From Candidatus Krumholzibacteriia bacterium (GTDB lineage Bacteria > Krumholzibacteriota > Krumholzibacteriia > Krumholzibacteriales > Krumholzibacteriaceae), in the NCBI GenBank assembly GCA_963836185.1, contig CAWIIQ010000003.1:128001-192000 (forward strand): a DNA stretch of 64,000 bases. The letters are read 5' to 3'. The translations under genes were made by a program, and so were the position numbers. This document shows, piece by piece, positions 1 to 13,558 of this stretch (positions are counted from its first letter, which is position 1; the number at the start of each line of letters is the position of its first letter). The notes under the pieces are model-generated. The model made no database searches and was not told the DNA's origin. It saw only the letters and a list, made by a program, of their open reading frames with translations.

Positions 1-7
1 GATACCT

Positions 8-200
8 TGTGGATATCGCGATTGTGGAGAAGCCCGCCTCGTTTTTCCGGCCATATTCACATCGCTTTATACATCGCAATATCCCGGATTTTTCAATACG
101 GGCACTTCTTCCAGGGTTGTTATGAACATTTCAACACCCCCTACTACTACTAATGTTCTATTTGATTATTTAAGAAAAGAAGAAGAAATCCGGAATCCGG
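8..200. promoter_or_regulatory. oriC: Replication origin oriC (DnaA boxes, DnaA-trios, AT-rich unwinding region)
   Basis: TGTGGATAT (8-16), TGTGGAGAA (23-31), tandem TTATGAACA/TTTCAACA (120-136), CCCCC, TACTACTACTA (142-152), then an AT-rich tract, directly upstream of dnaN. Confidence 0.85.
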
Positions 201-291
201 AGAGGTACCTTTTTTCATTGAATATCACACCCCGATTGAATTATGATTTCGTCCCCGGATGTAATAAAAGGATATATCAGGAGGTTTCGGC

Positions 292-1399
292 GTGAAGATC
301 CAGGTGCCGCTAGGAGAGCTCACAAAAAAGATGAACGCGATATCGTCAGTAGTGCCGGGTAAGACGACCATGCCCATTCTGTCGATGGTGCTGGTCAGCG
401 CCGAAGATGCAGGAATCAGATTCTCGGCGACGGATCTTGATATATCCGTGACATCAAAGGTATCGGGCAAGGTCGAGTCAACGGGCACTATCGCCGTTCC
501 CGCGAAGAAGATCGCCGAGATCGTGAAATCTCTTTCGGGGGACGAGGTGACCCTCGAAGCCGAGGGAGAGAAGCTGACGATAAGGTGCGGCAAGAGCAGG
601 TTTTCTGTAAACGGCCGGAGCGCTGATGATTTCCCGAAGATGCCGAAGCAGGAAAGCAGCACGGAATTCGAGTTACAGTCGCCTCTTCTGAGAAAGATGA
701 TACAGAAGACGATATATGCGGTATCGACAGACCTTACCAGGCCGGCGCTGTGCGGTGTCCTGTGGGAGGTGGACCGCAGTGGATTGACGATGGTTTCGAC
801 GGACGGGCACAGGCTTGCGAAGGTCGAGGCGAAGGTCGAGCTGAAAGGATGTCGAGAAGGCCGAAGTCATCGTTCCGCCGAAGGCGATGGCTACGTTCCG
901 GTCATATTCAGAAAAGGACGAGATGATAAAGATCGGCCTGGGAGACAACAGTGTATCGATAGAGATGGACGAAGTATCGATATACTCAAGGCTGCTCGAG
1001 GGGCCATTCCCAAGCTATCAGAAGGTCATTCCCTCGGGGAACACAAAGGCTCTTACCGTGACAAGGGATGAACTCTCTGCAGCCACAAAGAGGGTATCGA
1101 TCCTTTCCGACGCGCTCACTCACCAGGTCGTGTTCTCTGTAGACAGGGACAAGCTCACACTTCATGTGACGACTCAGGACCTTGGCGATGCGAGAGAGGA
1201 ACTCGAGGCGAACTACGCGGACGAGCCGATGGATATCGGATACAATGCCGCGTACATACAGGATATACTCAGGACTATCGATGGTGATGAGATCTCATTC
1301 AGGCTCGACAGGCCGGACAATGCCGGCATGGTCACGCCGGTAGAGGAAAAGGGAGATCTCAAGCAGCTGTGCATCGTCATGCCCCTCAGGATAAACTGA
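292..1399 (+). CDS. dnaN: DNA polymerase III beta clamp (split by one extra base near 846)
   Basis: ORFs 292..1071 and 887..1399 carry ATDLDI, STDGHRL, SRLLEGPFP and VMPLR; removing one A from ctgaaaggat joins them. Confidence 0.96.
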
Positions 1400-1426
1400 T
1401 CGGCCGGGAGGGAGCGGTGAACGGGA

Positions 1427-2631
1427 TTGATAGTCGAGAGCCTCCATCTCAATTCCTACCGTAATATCGAAGACGCCGCACTGGAGTTTTCCGAAAGGTT
1501 CAACTACATCACCGGCAGGAACGCCCAGGGAAAAACAAATCTTCTCGAGGCGATACACATCTTCTCTCTTGGAAGGTCGTTCAGGACCAGGCGGGCATCC
1601 GAGCTTATACGCTTCGGGAGCGAGCACTTCTTCCTCAGGCTGACCGGAAGAAGTGATTCCGGCGTCGGGTTTCGTCTCGAGATGGGGCAGGAGAGAAGCG
1701 GAAGGACGAAACTTTCTATCAACGGGAAGCAGGCGGGCGGAATCTCGGAGATCATCGGGTTCATGCCGAGCGTCATATTCACTCCCCGCGACGTAGAGCT
1801 TTCATCCGGGCCTCCGGCAGGCCGGAGGGTCTACCTCGATTACACGGCGGCCCAGGTATCGCCGGCCTTCTTTGCGGATCTCAAGGAATACAGGAAAGCG
1901 CTGAAACAGAGAAATTCCCTGCTGAGGGCGGCCGCGGCCGGCGGGACGATCGATGATACGCAGCTCGGGGTGTGGGATGAGGCGCTGGCGAAGAAGGGGG
2001 CGTCGGTAGTGAAGGGGAGGGTCGAGATGCTCGGGGTAATCAGCGAACGGGCCTCCTCGATATTTGCCGAGGTCCTCGGCCGCGATGACGGGCTCGAGCT
2101 TGCCTACCGGTGCTCGTACGGACAGGAAGCGGGTGGGGAGGAGAGCCTTATGGCCGCGCTGTCGGCGGCCCGCGAAAACGAGAAAAGAAGAGGATACACA
2201 CTGGCGGGGCCGCACTATGATGATGTGACGATGAAGATAGACGGGGAGGAGGTGCGCCGGTACGCCTCGCAGGGACGTAAACGCCTGCTCGCCGTGGTGC
2301 TGAAGCTGGCGCAGGCCGACGTGATCATGTCCCGCAGGGGAGAGAGACCGGTAGTCCTGCTCGACGACATCTTCTCGGAACTCGACCCTGGCGTCGTCGC
2401 GGGAGTGAGAAAAATGCTTTCCGACAGGTACCAGAGCTTCATAACATCGCCCCGCGGAGAGGACTTTCCGGGCGACATCTCGGGTGCTTCGAGGTACGAG
2501 GTCGAGAACGGCATTTTCAGGGCCTCCAGGGGGTCTCTCGGAAGCCTCCTGAAAGGGCCATATTTTCCTTTATTTTCAAACGGTTTCACCGTAATATACG
2601 GGGAGCGAAAGAACGTCTGGAGACGCGGGAT

Positions 2632-2635
<4 letters not shown>
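1427..2635 (+). CDS. recF: DNA replication/repair protein RecF
   Basis: Walker A GRNAQGKTN, ASQG and LLDDIFSELD motifs; synteny after dnaN. Confidence 0.95.
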
Positions 2636-4862
<2,227 letters not shown>

Positions 4863-4929
4863 AAAGTAATAATACATGGGCGCTCCCGGGAGGAGCGCAT
4901 TCACCGGGCGGTGAAGGAGGAACTGACGG

Positions 4930-7557
4930 ATGGATATCAGCAGGCAGCGGGTCATACCTGTTTACATCGAAGACGAGATGAAGGGCTCATACCTCGACTA
5001 CGCAATGAGCGTCATCGTCTCACGCGCACTGCCTGACGTGAGGGACGGGCTCAAGCCCGTTCACAGGCGCATTCTGCTCGCGATGAACGACCTGAACCTC
5101 GCGCACAACAGGCCGTACAGGAAGTCGGCGAAGCTCACCGGAGACGTGACGGGTAACTACCACCCTCACGGAACGACTGCTGTCTACGACGCCACGGTGA
5201 GGCTCGCGCAGGACTTCACGCTGCGGTACCCGATCGTCGACGGACAGGGAAACTTCGGCTCGATCGACGGCGACCCCGCCGCGGCGGAGAGGTACACCGA
5301 GGTGCGCATGACCCGGCTTGCCGAGGATATCCTTGCCGACCTCGACAAGGAAACGGTCGAGCTCGGGCTGAACTACGACGAGACACGGGAGATGGCGCTC
5401 GTTCTTCCGTCGAAGGTGCCCAACCTCCTGCTCAACGGAGCGTCCGGCATCGCGGTCGGAATGGCGACAAACATCCCGCCCCATAACAGCACCGAGATCA
5501 TCAACGGGCTGAAGGCCCTGCTCGAGAACCCCGAGCTGTCGGTCACAGAGCTGAGCAAGTTCGTGACCGGCCCCGATTTTCCGACAGGCGGGATCATCTA
5601 CGGACGGGCCGGGATCAAGGAAGCATACGAGACGGGCAGGGGAAGGATAACGGTAAGGGCCCGCGCCAATATCGAGACGCAGAAATCGGGCAAGGCGAGT
5701 ATCGTCATCACCGAGATACCGTTCCAGACTAACAAGGCGGCGATCATAACGAAGATAGCCGAACTGGTGCGTGGCGGAAAACTCGGCGGCATTTCCGATA
5801 TCCGCGACGAGTCGGACAAGGACGGGCTGCGAATAGTCATCGACCTGAAGAGGGACTCATACCCGAAGGTCGTGATGAACCAGCTCTTCAAACATACACA
5901 GCTCCAGGGAACATTCGGCGTGATCATGCTTTCGCTCAACAAGATGCGCCCCGAGGTGATGAACCTCAAGAAGACTATGCAGCTTTTCCTCGAGCACCGA
6001 GAGGATGTAGTCAGGCGCCGCACCGAGTATGACCTGAGAAAAGCCGAGGAGAGGGCGCATATACTCGAGGGATACAAGATAGCGCTCGACAACATCGACG
6101 CGATAATCAAACTGATCAAGAAGAGCGCGTCGCCAGAAGAGGCGCGAAACGGACTGATAAAGAATTTCAGCCTCTCCGAGATCCAGGCGCAGGCGATCCT
6201 CGACATGAAACTGCAGAGGCTCACCGGCCTCGAGCGCAAGAAGATCGAGGACGAGTACCTCGCGCTGATCCAGAAGATAGAGTACTTCCGCTCTATCCTC
6301 GAGAACAGGACGAGGCTGCTCGGTGTGATAGAGGAGGAACTCGACGAGGTCGGGGATAAGTACGGCGATGAAAGGCGGACAGAGATAGTCGACGCCGAGG
6401 GGGAACTCGAACTCGAGGACCTTATCGCCGAAGAGGATATGATCATAACGATCACCCACACGGGATATATTAAAAGGATCCCCATCGGCACGTACCGAAG
6501 GCAGAGAAGAGGCGGCAAGGGGATCACCGGGCTCGGGATGAAGGACGAGGATTTCGTGGCGAACATGTTCATCGCTTCGACGCACAGCTACATCCTCTTC
6601 TTCACCGACAAGGGAAAATGCTACAGGGTCAAGGTCCACGAGGTGCCCCAGGGCGGAAGGCTGGCAAAGGGCAAGGCGATGGTCAACCTCCTCGAGATAG
6701 GCAGGGATGAGACGATCGCGGCGTATATACCGGTCCCCGACTTCAGCACGGACTGCTACCTTACGATGACGACGAGGAAGGGCCTGATCAAGAAGACCCA
6801 CCTCTCGAAATACTCGAACATACATCGCGGCGGCATCATTGCCATAAAGCTCCGCGAGGACGACGGGTTGATCACGGCCAAGCTGACATCGGGGACCGAC
6901 GACATCATCCTCGCCAAGAGGGACGGCAAGGCGATCCGCTTCAACGAGAAGGAAGTCCGGTCGATGGGCAGGAACTCGGCGGGAGTCAAGGGCGTCACCT
7001 GCAAGGGGGACGACGAGGTCGTCGAGATGGTCATCGTCAAGCGCGAATCGGCGATACTTGCCGTCACGGAAAACGGCTTCGGCAAGCGCACGAGGATAAG
7101 TGATTTCAGAAACAAGCATCGCGGCGGTCAGGGAGTCGCGCTGATTCCGGCCTCGGGCAGGAACGGCCCCGTCGTGGCGGCGCGAGAAGTAATAGAGACC
7201 GATGAGGTCATGATGATAACGCGCAACGGGATGATAATAAGGTGCCCGGTTCGCGGCATCTCGGTAATCGGCCGCCAGGCCCAGGGCGTAAAGGTGATTA
7301 ATCTCAACAAGGGCGATTCCCTTGTTGACGTAGCCCTGCTTGCCGGCGAGAAGGACGATAAAGGCGTGGAAGGCGAAAGGGCGGACACGGAAGACGTCCT
7401 GTTGGATTCCGAGATCCAGGAGATCGCAGAAGAAATGGCGGAGGATGCGGCGTATGAAGCGGCGGAAGAAATCCGGGAGGCTGAGCTCGAGAAGAAAAAG
7501 AAGCCAGGGCCGCCAAAGAAACCCGCTGCAGGGAAGAAGGGAAAGGGCAAAAAGTAA
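4930..7557 (+). CDS. gyrA: DNA gyrase subunit A
   Basis: RALPDVRDGLKPVHRR, AAERYTE active Tyr, GyrA-box QRRGGKG. Confidence 0.98.
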   Translation: MDISRQRVIPVYIEDEMKGSYLDYAMSVIVSRALPDVRDGLKPVHRRILLAMNDLNLAHNRPYRKSAKLTGDVTGNYHPHGTTAVYDATVRLAQDFTLRYPIVDGQGNFGSIDGDPAAAERYTEVRMTRLAEDILADLDKETVELGLNYDETREMALVLPSKVPNLLLNGASGIAVGMATNIPPHNSTEIINGLKALLENPELSVTELSKFVTGPDFPTGGIIYGRAGIKEAYETGRGRITVRARANIETQKSGKASIVITEIPFQTNKAAIITKIAELVRGGKLGGISDIRDESDKDGLRIVIDLKRDSYPKVVMNQLFKHTQLQGTFGVIMLSLNKMRPEVMNLKKTMQLFLEHREDVVRRRTEYDLRKAEERAHILEGYKIALDNIDAIIKLIKKSASPEEARNGLIKNFSLSEIQAQAILDMKLQRLTGLERKKIEDEYLALIQKIEYFRSILENRTRLLGVIEEELDEVGDKYGDERRTEIVDAEGELELEDLIAEEDMIITITHTGYIKRIPIGTYRRQRRGGKGITGLGMKDEDFVANMFIASTHSYILFFTDKGKCYRVKVHEVPQGGRLAKGKAMVNLLEIGRDETIAAYIPVPDFSTDCYLTMTTRKGLIKKTHLSKYSNIHRGGIIAIKLREDDGLITAKLTSGTDDIILAKRDGKAIRFNEKEVRSMGRNSAGVKGVTCKGDDEVVEMVIVKRESAILAVTENGFGKRTRISDFRNKHRGGQGVALIPASGRNGPVVAAREVIETDEVMMITRNGMIIRCPVRGISVIGRQAQGVKVINLNKGDSLVDVALLAGEKDDKGVEGERADTEDVLLDSEIQEIAEEMAEDAAYEAAEEIREAELEKKKKPGPPKKPAAGKKGKGKK

Positions 7558-9390
7558 TGAGTCCCCGAAGACTCACAACAGTCGCGGTGATCCTTGCCGC
7601 GCTCGCGGCGCTTGCGCCGGCACGCGCCTCGGAGCCGGGAGACGAGGCTCTCTCGGTCACCGGATCGGGCCGGATCGCTCTCTCCCTCGATGGCCGCGGA
7701 TATCTTCATGAGACAGATTCGGGCAGCCTCAGGCTCGGCCTCAGGTGGCCCGGAGCCGGGGGGACCGAGTTCCTCGGAGGCGGCGGACTCCTGATGAGAT
7801 TCGGCACGGGCGAAAAGAGCGGGACGATCCTGCTCGGGCCGGGCGATTTCGAAACGGCGCTACCGGGAGCCGGCGTTGCCGGGGCGGCCGAAGGATGCCG
7901 GGGCGGAAAGCGATACCCCGAGGGCGGATGCGACGATGACGGCGATGGAGCGGTCGACGAGGATCCTCTCGACGGGCGCGACAATGACGGCGACGGGGAG
8001 ACGGACGAGGATTTTGCCGCCGTGGGCGACGGAATGTATGTCACCAGCTCGATTGCCCGGCCGTACGGGATCAGGGTGACACGCGAGCACCACGTATGGA
8101 ACTACGGACACGTCAGGGATTTCATCGGATTTTCCACGACGATAGAATATCTGCCTCCCGAAGGCGTCGATGAACCTCTCCGTGATATGGAACTGATCCA
8201 TTACATCGATTTCAATATCGGGTCCAGGGATGATGCGGCACGCGGGCGGGATGACAGGGCCTTTTTCCTGCAGAGGGCCCATGTTGAAGACGAGGTGACG
8301 GAACACCCCGTAGCGGTCGTCTCCGGCGCTGACGCAGCCGGGCCGCTGGCGGCCGTGATCTTCTTTGACGCGGCCGGGCCGTCCGCTCCTCTGGCCGCAG
8401 GAGCAAAGTTCCGCATGAGGCAGAGACATGTAGATTCCCTGTGGAGCGGGGAAGACGAGGCGCGCGCCGTGCTGGGGGGTGAGCCGGAGATCCTCGATTT
8501 CGACGGCTCGGAAGAGGTGCGGGGCAGAGACGGGCGGACAGCCATCATGTCAGCAGCTGCGAAGGGCGATATCGTACTGGTACATATGTTCAGCCGGGTG
8601 GGGGATATCTACCCCGGAGAAAAGATCGAGATCGAGTGGGCCATAGTCTTCGGGAAGGACCGCGAAGCCTTGACGAGGAACATCTCGAGGGCCAGAGAGA
8701 CCTGGGAAGGGCTTGTCGTGACCGGTGATGAAAAGCTCAGGTGGGTCGTCCCTGCCCGAAGGGCGGTCCGGATCGAGGCAAAGGCGGCCCTGGCGCCTGT
8801 CTGGGTGCAGGGAGAGAAGCGCCCCGCTGTTTCAATCGATCCTTCCTTCCGTCGAGGGCGAGGAGATCGAATGGCTCAAGGTGGCGGGAAAGCAGACGGA
8901 TGATTTTGAGACAGTCGCCGGCAGAGTGGTGATCGCCCTCGAAGGGGCGGAGGCCCTGGCGCCGTTCGCGATAGAGGGACAGCTGACCGATGGAACGATA
9001 TTCACCTCATATATCGGAGAAGAAGAGCTGGAACGCTATGCCGGAGAGGACGACCTTCAGCCTGGAAGGCTTCCCGACGACAGCATCAGGCTCTTCCCCA
9101 ATCCTTTTGTCCAGGACCTTACGATCGATATCCTGGTCCACGAGCCGTTAAGGAATGTCAAGGGCATGTCTGCCGAACAGCAGACCGGGATAAGCTCGGT
9201 CAGGGTATACGATGTGAAGGGGCGGCTGGTCAGGACCGTCCTCACCGACAAGGTCCTCCATCCCGGCGAGCATACAGCCGGGTGGGACGGAACCGACGAG
9301 GCCGGCATGAAGGTAGCGGCCGGCGTCTACTATTGCAGGCTTCAGATCGGCGAGAGATCGCTAACCAGGAGAGTGATCCTCCTCAGATAA
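7557..9390 (+). CDS. Secreted protein with DxDGDG Ca-binding repeats and C-terminal FlgD-Ig/T9SS-like domain (extra base near 8838)
   Basis: Signal peptide; CDDDGDGAVDED..DNDGDGETDED; second ORF ends FPNPF...YDVKGRLVR...GVYYCRL...RRVILLR. Confidence 0.75.
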
Positions 9391-9391
9391 C

Positions 9392-10693
9392 ATGTCCCTA
9401 TACACTCCTCCCCCAAAAAACCCTGATGAATCAGCCTTTCTTGTCGGTGTCAAGCTGCCCGGCTCGACCCTGGAGAACGAGCAGGAGAATGTAGCCGAGC
9501 TCAAGCTCCTTGCTACCACAGCCGGTGCAACCGTCACCGGCACTATTATTCAGCAGCGGACCCGTCTCGACGGAGCGACATATATAGGGAAGGGAAAGCT
9601 CGAAGAACTCGCCGCAGTTGTCGAAGAAAAAAAAATCAATCTCGTGATATTCGATGATGACCTCTCGCCGGCACAGGCGCGCAACATCGAGAAGATGGTC
9701 GGGGTCAATGTGATCGACAGGACTGAGCTCATCCTCGACATCTTCTCCAAGAGAGCGAGGACAAAGCAGGCGCGGATCCAGGTCGAGATCGCCCAGCTCA
9801 CATACGCCATGCCGAGGCTGAAAAGGCTGTGGGACCATCTCTCGAGACAGGCCGGCGGCATAGGCACCAAGGGGCCGGGCGAAACGCAGCTCGAAGTAGA
9901 CCGGAGGAAGATCCGCGAGAGAGTCGCAGCGCTCAAGCGCGAGCTCGTCAAGATAGAGAGCCGGACGAAGGAAAGGCGCAAAAACAGGGAGGACCTGTTC
10001 AACGTCACCGTCGTCGGCTACACGAACGCCGGCAAATCAACTCTCCTGAACAGGCTCTCGGGGAGCGATGTTCTCGAGAGCGACCGGCTTTTCTCGACTC
10101 TTGATTCAACGACAAGACGAGTCGAGATTCCGGATGGACCGGCGTTCCTCATGACCGATACGGTAGGGTTCATAAGGAAACTGCCCGCTCATCTCGTCTC
10201 GAGTTTTCACGCCACCCTTCTGGACGTGGAAGAGGCCGACCTGCTTCTTCACCTGGTCGATTCCTCGTCGCCGGCCTTCAGAGAGAAGATATCTATCGTC
10301 AACGACGTTCTGCACAAGGTACTCGGAGACCGCACGCCAAGTGGAGGAGACGGATCGATCCCGACTATCCTGGTTTTCAACAAGGCCGACCTGACAGGCG
10401 ATGAGGCCCTGTCTCTTCTCGAGCAGAGATATCCCGGTGCCGTCCGGATAAGTGCGGCGACCGGAGAGGGTACGGACAGGCTCTTCGAGGCGATCGGCGA
10501 ACAGATCGACCGGGGGACTGATCTCGCCCGCGTGGCCGTTCCAGCCGCGGACGGCAGGACGATCGCGTTTGTCGAGGAAGCCGGACAGGTCATCGAAAGG
10601 GATATCGACGGCGAGAAAGTGATCTATACAGTAAGGCTGAAAAGAAGAGATATCGGCAGGCTGGAAAGGTCCGCCGAAGTAACGATACTCTAG
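9392..10693 (+). CDS. hflX: GTPase HflX
   Basis: GPGETQLEVDRR, VGYTNAGKST, LFSTLD, DTVGF, NKAD. Confidence 0.96.
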   Translation: MSLYTPPPKNPDESAFLVGVKLPGSTLENEQENVAELKLLATTAGATVTGTIIQQRTRLDGATYIGKGKLEELAAVVEEKKINLVIFDDDLSPAQARNIEKMVGVNVIDRTELILDIFSKRARTKQARIQVEIAQLTYAMPRLKRLWDHLSRQAGGIGTKGPGETQLEVDRRKIRERVAALKRELVKIESRTKERRKNREDLFNVTVVGYTNAGKSTLLNRLSGSDVLESDRLFSTLDSTTRRVEIPDGPAFLMTDTVGFIRKLPAHLVSSFHATLLDVEEADLLLHLVDSSSPAFREKISIVNDVLHKVLGDRTPSGGDGSIPTILVFNKADLTGDEALSLLEQRYPGAVRISAATGEGTDRLFEAIGEQIDRGTDLARVAVPAADGRTIAFVEEAGQVIERDIDGEKVIYTVRLKRRDIGRLERSAEVTIL

Positions 10694-10695
10694 GG

Positions 10696-11985
10696 TCAGG
10701 GTTTCTCTCGCATCCTCAGCTCGCCGTTCTCCATGTATACATCGTCATACCAATCCGCGAGGCGCAGCCTGTACTCCTTCATTATGGGGCTGGCCGCCTT
10801 TACGCGGTAACTTCCGTCGAGCTGAAGCACGATAAACCTCGAAAGCAAGATGAACGCGAGGGGGACCACCATCGGCACGAGCCTCCTCCACCTGTTCTCC
10901 GATATGAGACGGGAACAGTAGACGGCGCCCGCGGCAATGACCGAGACAAATCCGACAGAGACGAGATAGAGGTGCCGGATGTTCAGCCAGTCGCCGGGGA
11001 ACTGGAAGAAGGCGAACGGAAGCACCATGATATAGGTCCACGCGATGAAGAACCTGATAGTCCTGTTACCGAAGATGAATCCGAAGAAGGAGTATGAAAG
11101 GACGGTCAGGGCGATGAGTATCCGGATCTGCGTGGCGAATCTATAGAAGAATCTCACCGCCGGCCCCGCGCCCGTCACGAGATGGGAAGTGTGAACGGGG
11201 AAGATCATCCTGACAAGATAGTTGATCACGTTTTTGGCGGCAAAATAGATGAACTTGAAGGCGCCGGGATACTGGTCGTACAGGGGAGGAGCATAGTGGA
11301 AAAGAGTCGCCTTTGCCACCAGCGAGGCGATTGACATGAGGAAAAGGATCATGAACCCCGCATCTGCCACCTTCCTCTTTCTCTCCGCCCGGAAGAAGAA
11401 ATTGAAGGCGAGAAATGCTCCGAGAATGGAGAAACTCGTACTCCGGGTGAGCATCGACGCGACGAAGAATATCAAGGTCAGCAGATACCAGAGAGAAAGG
11501 ATCTTCCCTTTGTGGCAAAGCTCGTTGTGAAAATAACAGATCATGGTGCAGAGCGTGAGGAATGTGATGACGAGGTCCTCCAGCCCGGAGGCTATCATCA
11601 CCGACTTGCCGTAGCTTCCCACGGTGAAGACGAACAGCAGGCCGGCCAGGACGGCGACGGCCCTGTCGCGGATCAGGGTGTTGACGAGGATGTAGACGAG
11701 GAACGAGTTGAGCCCGTGCAGCAGTATGTTGAAGAAAAAATACCCCGAGGCGTTGAAGAAGAAATGTTTGAAAAGAAGATAATGGATGCTGTAAACAAGA
11801 GGCTGAAACTTGAACGGCGGGCTGCTGTCGAATGCGGCGCCCGGATCGGAATACATCCTGATGCTGTTCTCGAGACCGACGTAGTCATAGCCGTTCCAGA
11901 ACCCGTTGTCGAGACAGAGCCTGAAGAAGAGTAAGCTCAGGACAAGAAAGGCTATGAGAACAAGAAGGTGCTTGAGATACTTCAA
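10696..11985 (-). CDS. Polytopic membrane protein, GT-C glycosyltransferase-like
   Basis: Many hydrophobic segments; N-terminal loop with QPL..., NILLHGLN and RHLYL, as in PMT/TMTC-like proteins. Confidence 0.55.
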   Translation of the reverse strand: MKYLKHLLVLIAFLVLSLLFFRLCLDNGFWNGYDYVGLENSIRMYSDPGAAFDSSPPFKFQPLVYSIHYLLFKHFFFNASGYFFFNILLHGLNSFLVYILVNTLIRDRAVAVLAGLLFVFTVGSYGKSVMIASGLEDLVITFLTLCTMICYFHNELCHKGKILSLWYLLTLIFFVASMLTRSTSFSILGAFLAFNFFFRAERKRKVADAGFMILFLMSIASLVAKATLFHYAPPLYDQYPGAFKFIYFAAKNVINYLVRMIFPVHTSHLVTGAGPAVRFFYRFATQIRILIALTVLSYSFFGFIFGNRTIRFFIAWTYIMVLPFAFFQFPGDWLNIRHLYLVSVGFVSVIAAGAVYCSRLISENRWRRLVPMVVPLAFILLSRFIVLQLDGSYRVKAASPIMKEYRLRLADWYDDVYMENGELRMREKP

Positions 11986-12067
11986 AAAACCCCTCCTGAA
12001 GGATGGCGGAATGCACAGACGGTATTATAGCATGCCTTTATGTGTAGAGGAAAACCATAAATGATAA

Positions 12068-13504
12068 ATGACAGAGGTGAAAAAAATGACTGATAGACTC
12101 TGCCTGGCGGCTGGCGAATGGATGGACAGGGGCGAGAAGTTCGAGATCCTGTCCCCTCATGATGGAAGCGTGGTCGGAGAGGCGCTGCGGCCCTCTTCGG
12201 ACGTGATCGAAATGGCCGTAGCGGGGGCGAGTGCTGCCTTTCCCGTAATGAAGGGGCTGGCGACCGGGGAGAGGGCGGGGATACTGGAGCGGGCCGCGGC
12301 GCTCCTGCGCGAACGCGGGGGTGAGCTGGCGAGGCTGATAGCGCTCGAGTCCGGGAAGCCATGGAGATATGCGGCCGGCGAAGCGGCCCGCGCAGTCCAT
12401 ACCTTCACGGAGGCGGCTCAGGAGTGCAGCAGGCTCTACGGGGAGACCATACCCCTCGATACATCTACCCCCGGCACTGGGCGGATCGGGATCACAGGCT
12501 GGTTCCCCGTCGGCCCAGTTCTCGCAATAACGCCTTATAATTTTCCCCTCAACCTTGTCGCACACAAGCTGGCGCCTGCGATCGCCGCGGGGTGCTCTGT
12601 GATCCTCAAGCCGTCGAGCGAGACTCCTCTTACGGCGCTGCTTCTCGCCGGGATCCTCATCGAAGCTGGGCTGCCGCCCGGGGCGCTGAGCGTCCTGCCG
12701 GTGAGCGGGGCCGAGGCGGGCCTGCTCGCCGTGAGGCCGGAGATCAAGAAGGTGACCTTTACGGGGAGCGCGGTGGTCGGCTGGGAGCTCAGGCGCAGGG
12801 CTCACATGAAAAAAGTCACCCTCGAGCTCGGCGGAAACGCGGCGGTCGTGCTGCACGAGGACTGGGATGATATCGCCGGGGCGGCGGCGAGGATCGCAGT
12901 CGGAGGTTACGCCTATTCGGGGCAGGTCTGCATCTCGGTACAGAGGATATTTGTCCACAACAGCATATATGCCCGGTTCATGGAGGAGTTTGTCCGTGAG
13001 GTCTCCGCGATCAGGCGGGGCGATCCTCTCGACGAGTCGACCGGCATCGGTCCGATGATAACCGTGGCCGAGGCCCGCAGGGTCGGGGAGTGGGTGGACG
13101 AGGCGGTCTCCGAAGGGGCGGCAGTCGTTGCCGGAGGGCCGAGAGACGGGTCGTTCTATCCGCCGACGATCCTAGAGAACACCCGGCACGGGATGAAGGT
13201 CGTCGATGACGAGGTCTTCGGCCCCGTCACCTCGGTCTTCGGGTATGACGACTTCGATGATGCCCTGCGCGAGGTAAACGATTCGAGATTCGGGCTCCAG
13301 GCGGGCGTATTCACGAAGGATATCGGGCTGATCAGGCGCGCCTTCGAAACGCTCGAAGTCGGCGGGGTCATCGCGGGGGACTTTCCCACCTTCAGGGTCG
13401 ACCGGATGCCCTATGGCGGAGTGAAAGAATCGGGCTCGGGACGAGAGGGGCTTCGCTGGGCTATCCGCGAGATGTGTGAGACGCGCCTTCTGGTGCTGGC
13501 ATGA
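12068..13504 (+). CDS. NAD(P)-dependent aldehyde dehydrogenase
   Basis: ITPYNFP, FTGS, LELGGNA, catalytic GQVCIS, EVFGP, YGGVKESG. Confidence 0.95.
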   Translation: MTEVKKMTDRLCLAAGEWMDRGEKFEILSPHDGSVVGEALRPSSDVIEMAVAGASAAFPVMKGLATGERAGILERAAALLRERGGELARLIALESGKPWRYAAGEAARAVHTFTEAAQECSRLYGETIPLDTSTPGTGRIGITGWFPVGPVLAITPYNFPLNLVAHKLAPAIAAGCSVILKPSSETPLTALLLAGILIEAGLPPGALSVLPVSGAEAGLLAVRPEIKKVTFTGSAVVGWELRRRAHMKKVTLELGGNAAVVLHEDWDDIAGAAARIAVGGYAYSGQVCISVQRIFVHNSIYARFMEEFVREVSAIRRGDPLDESTGIGPMITVAEARRVGEWVDEAVSEGAAVVAGGPRDGSFYPPTILENTRHGMKVVDDEVFGPVTSVFGYDDFDDALREVNDSRFGLQAGVFTKDIGLIRRAFETLEVGGVIAGDFPTFRVDRMPYGGVKESGSGREGLRWAIREMCETRLLVLA

Positions 13505-13531
13505 AAAAGGGCCGGCGTGTCAGCCGGCCCC
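13504..13531 (-). terminator. Intrinsic terminator between convergent genes
   Basis: GGGCCGGC/GCCGGCCC stem preceded by AAAAA (U-tract on the minus strand). Confidence 0.65.
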
Positions 13532-13558
13532 TGAATCATCGACTCGAAACAGGTCCTG

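Noticed and set aside
840-860. Programmed frameshift in dnaN
   Set aside because: No slippery heptamer; the same +1 lesion recurs in many unrelated genes
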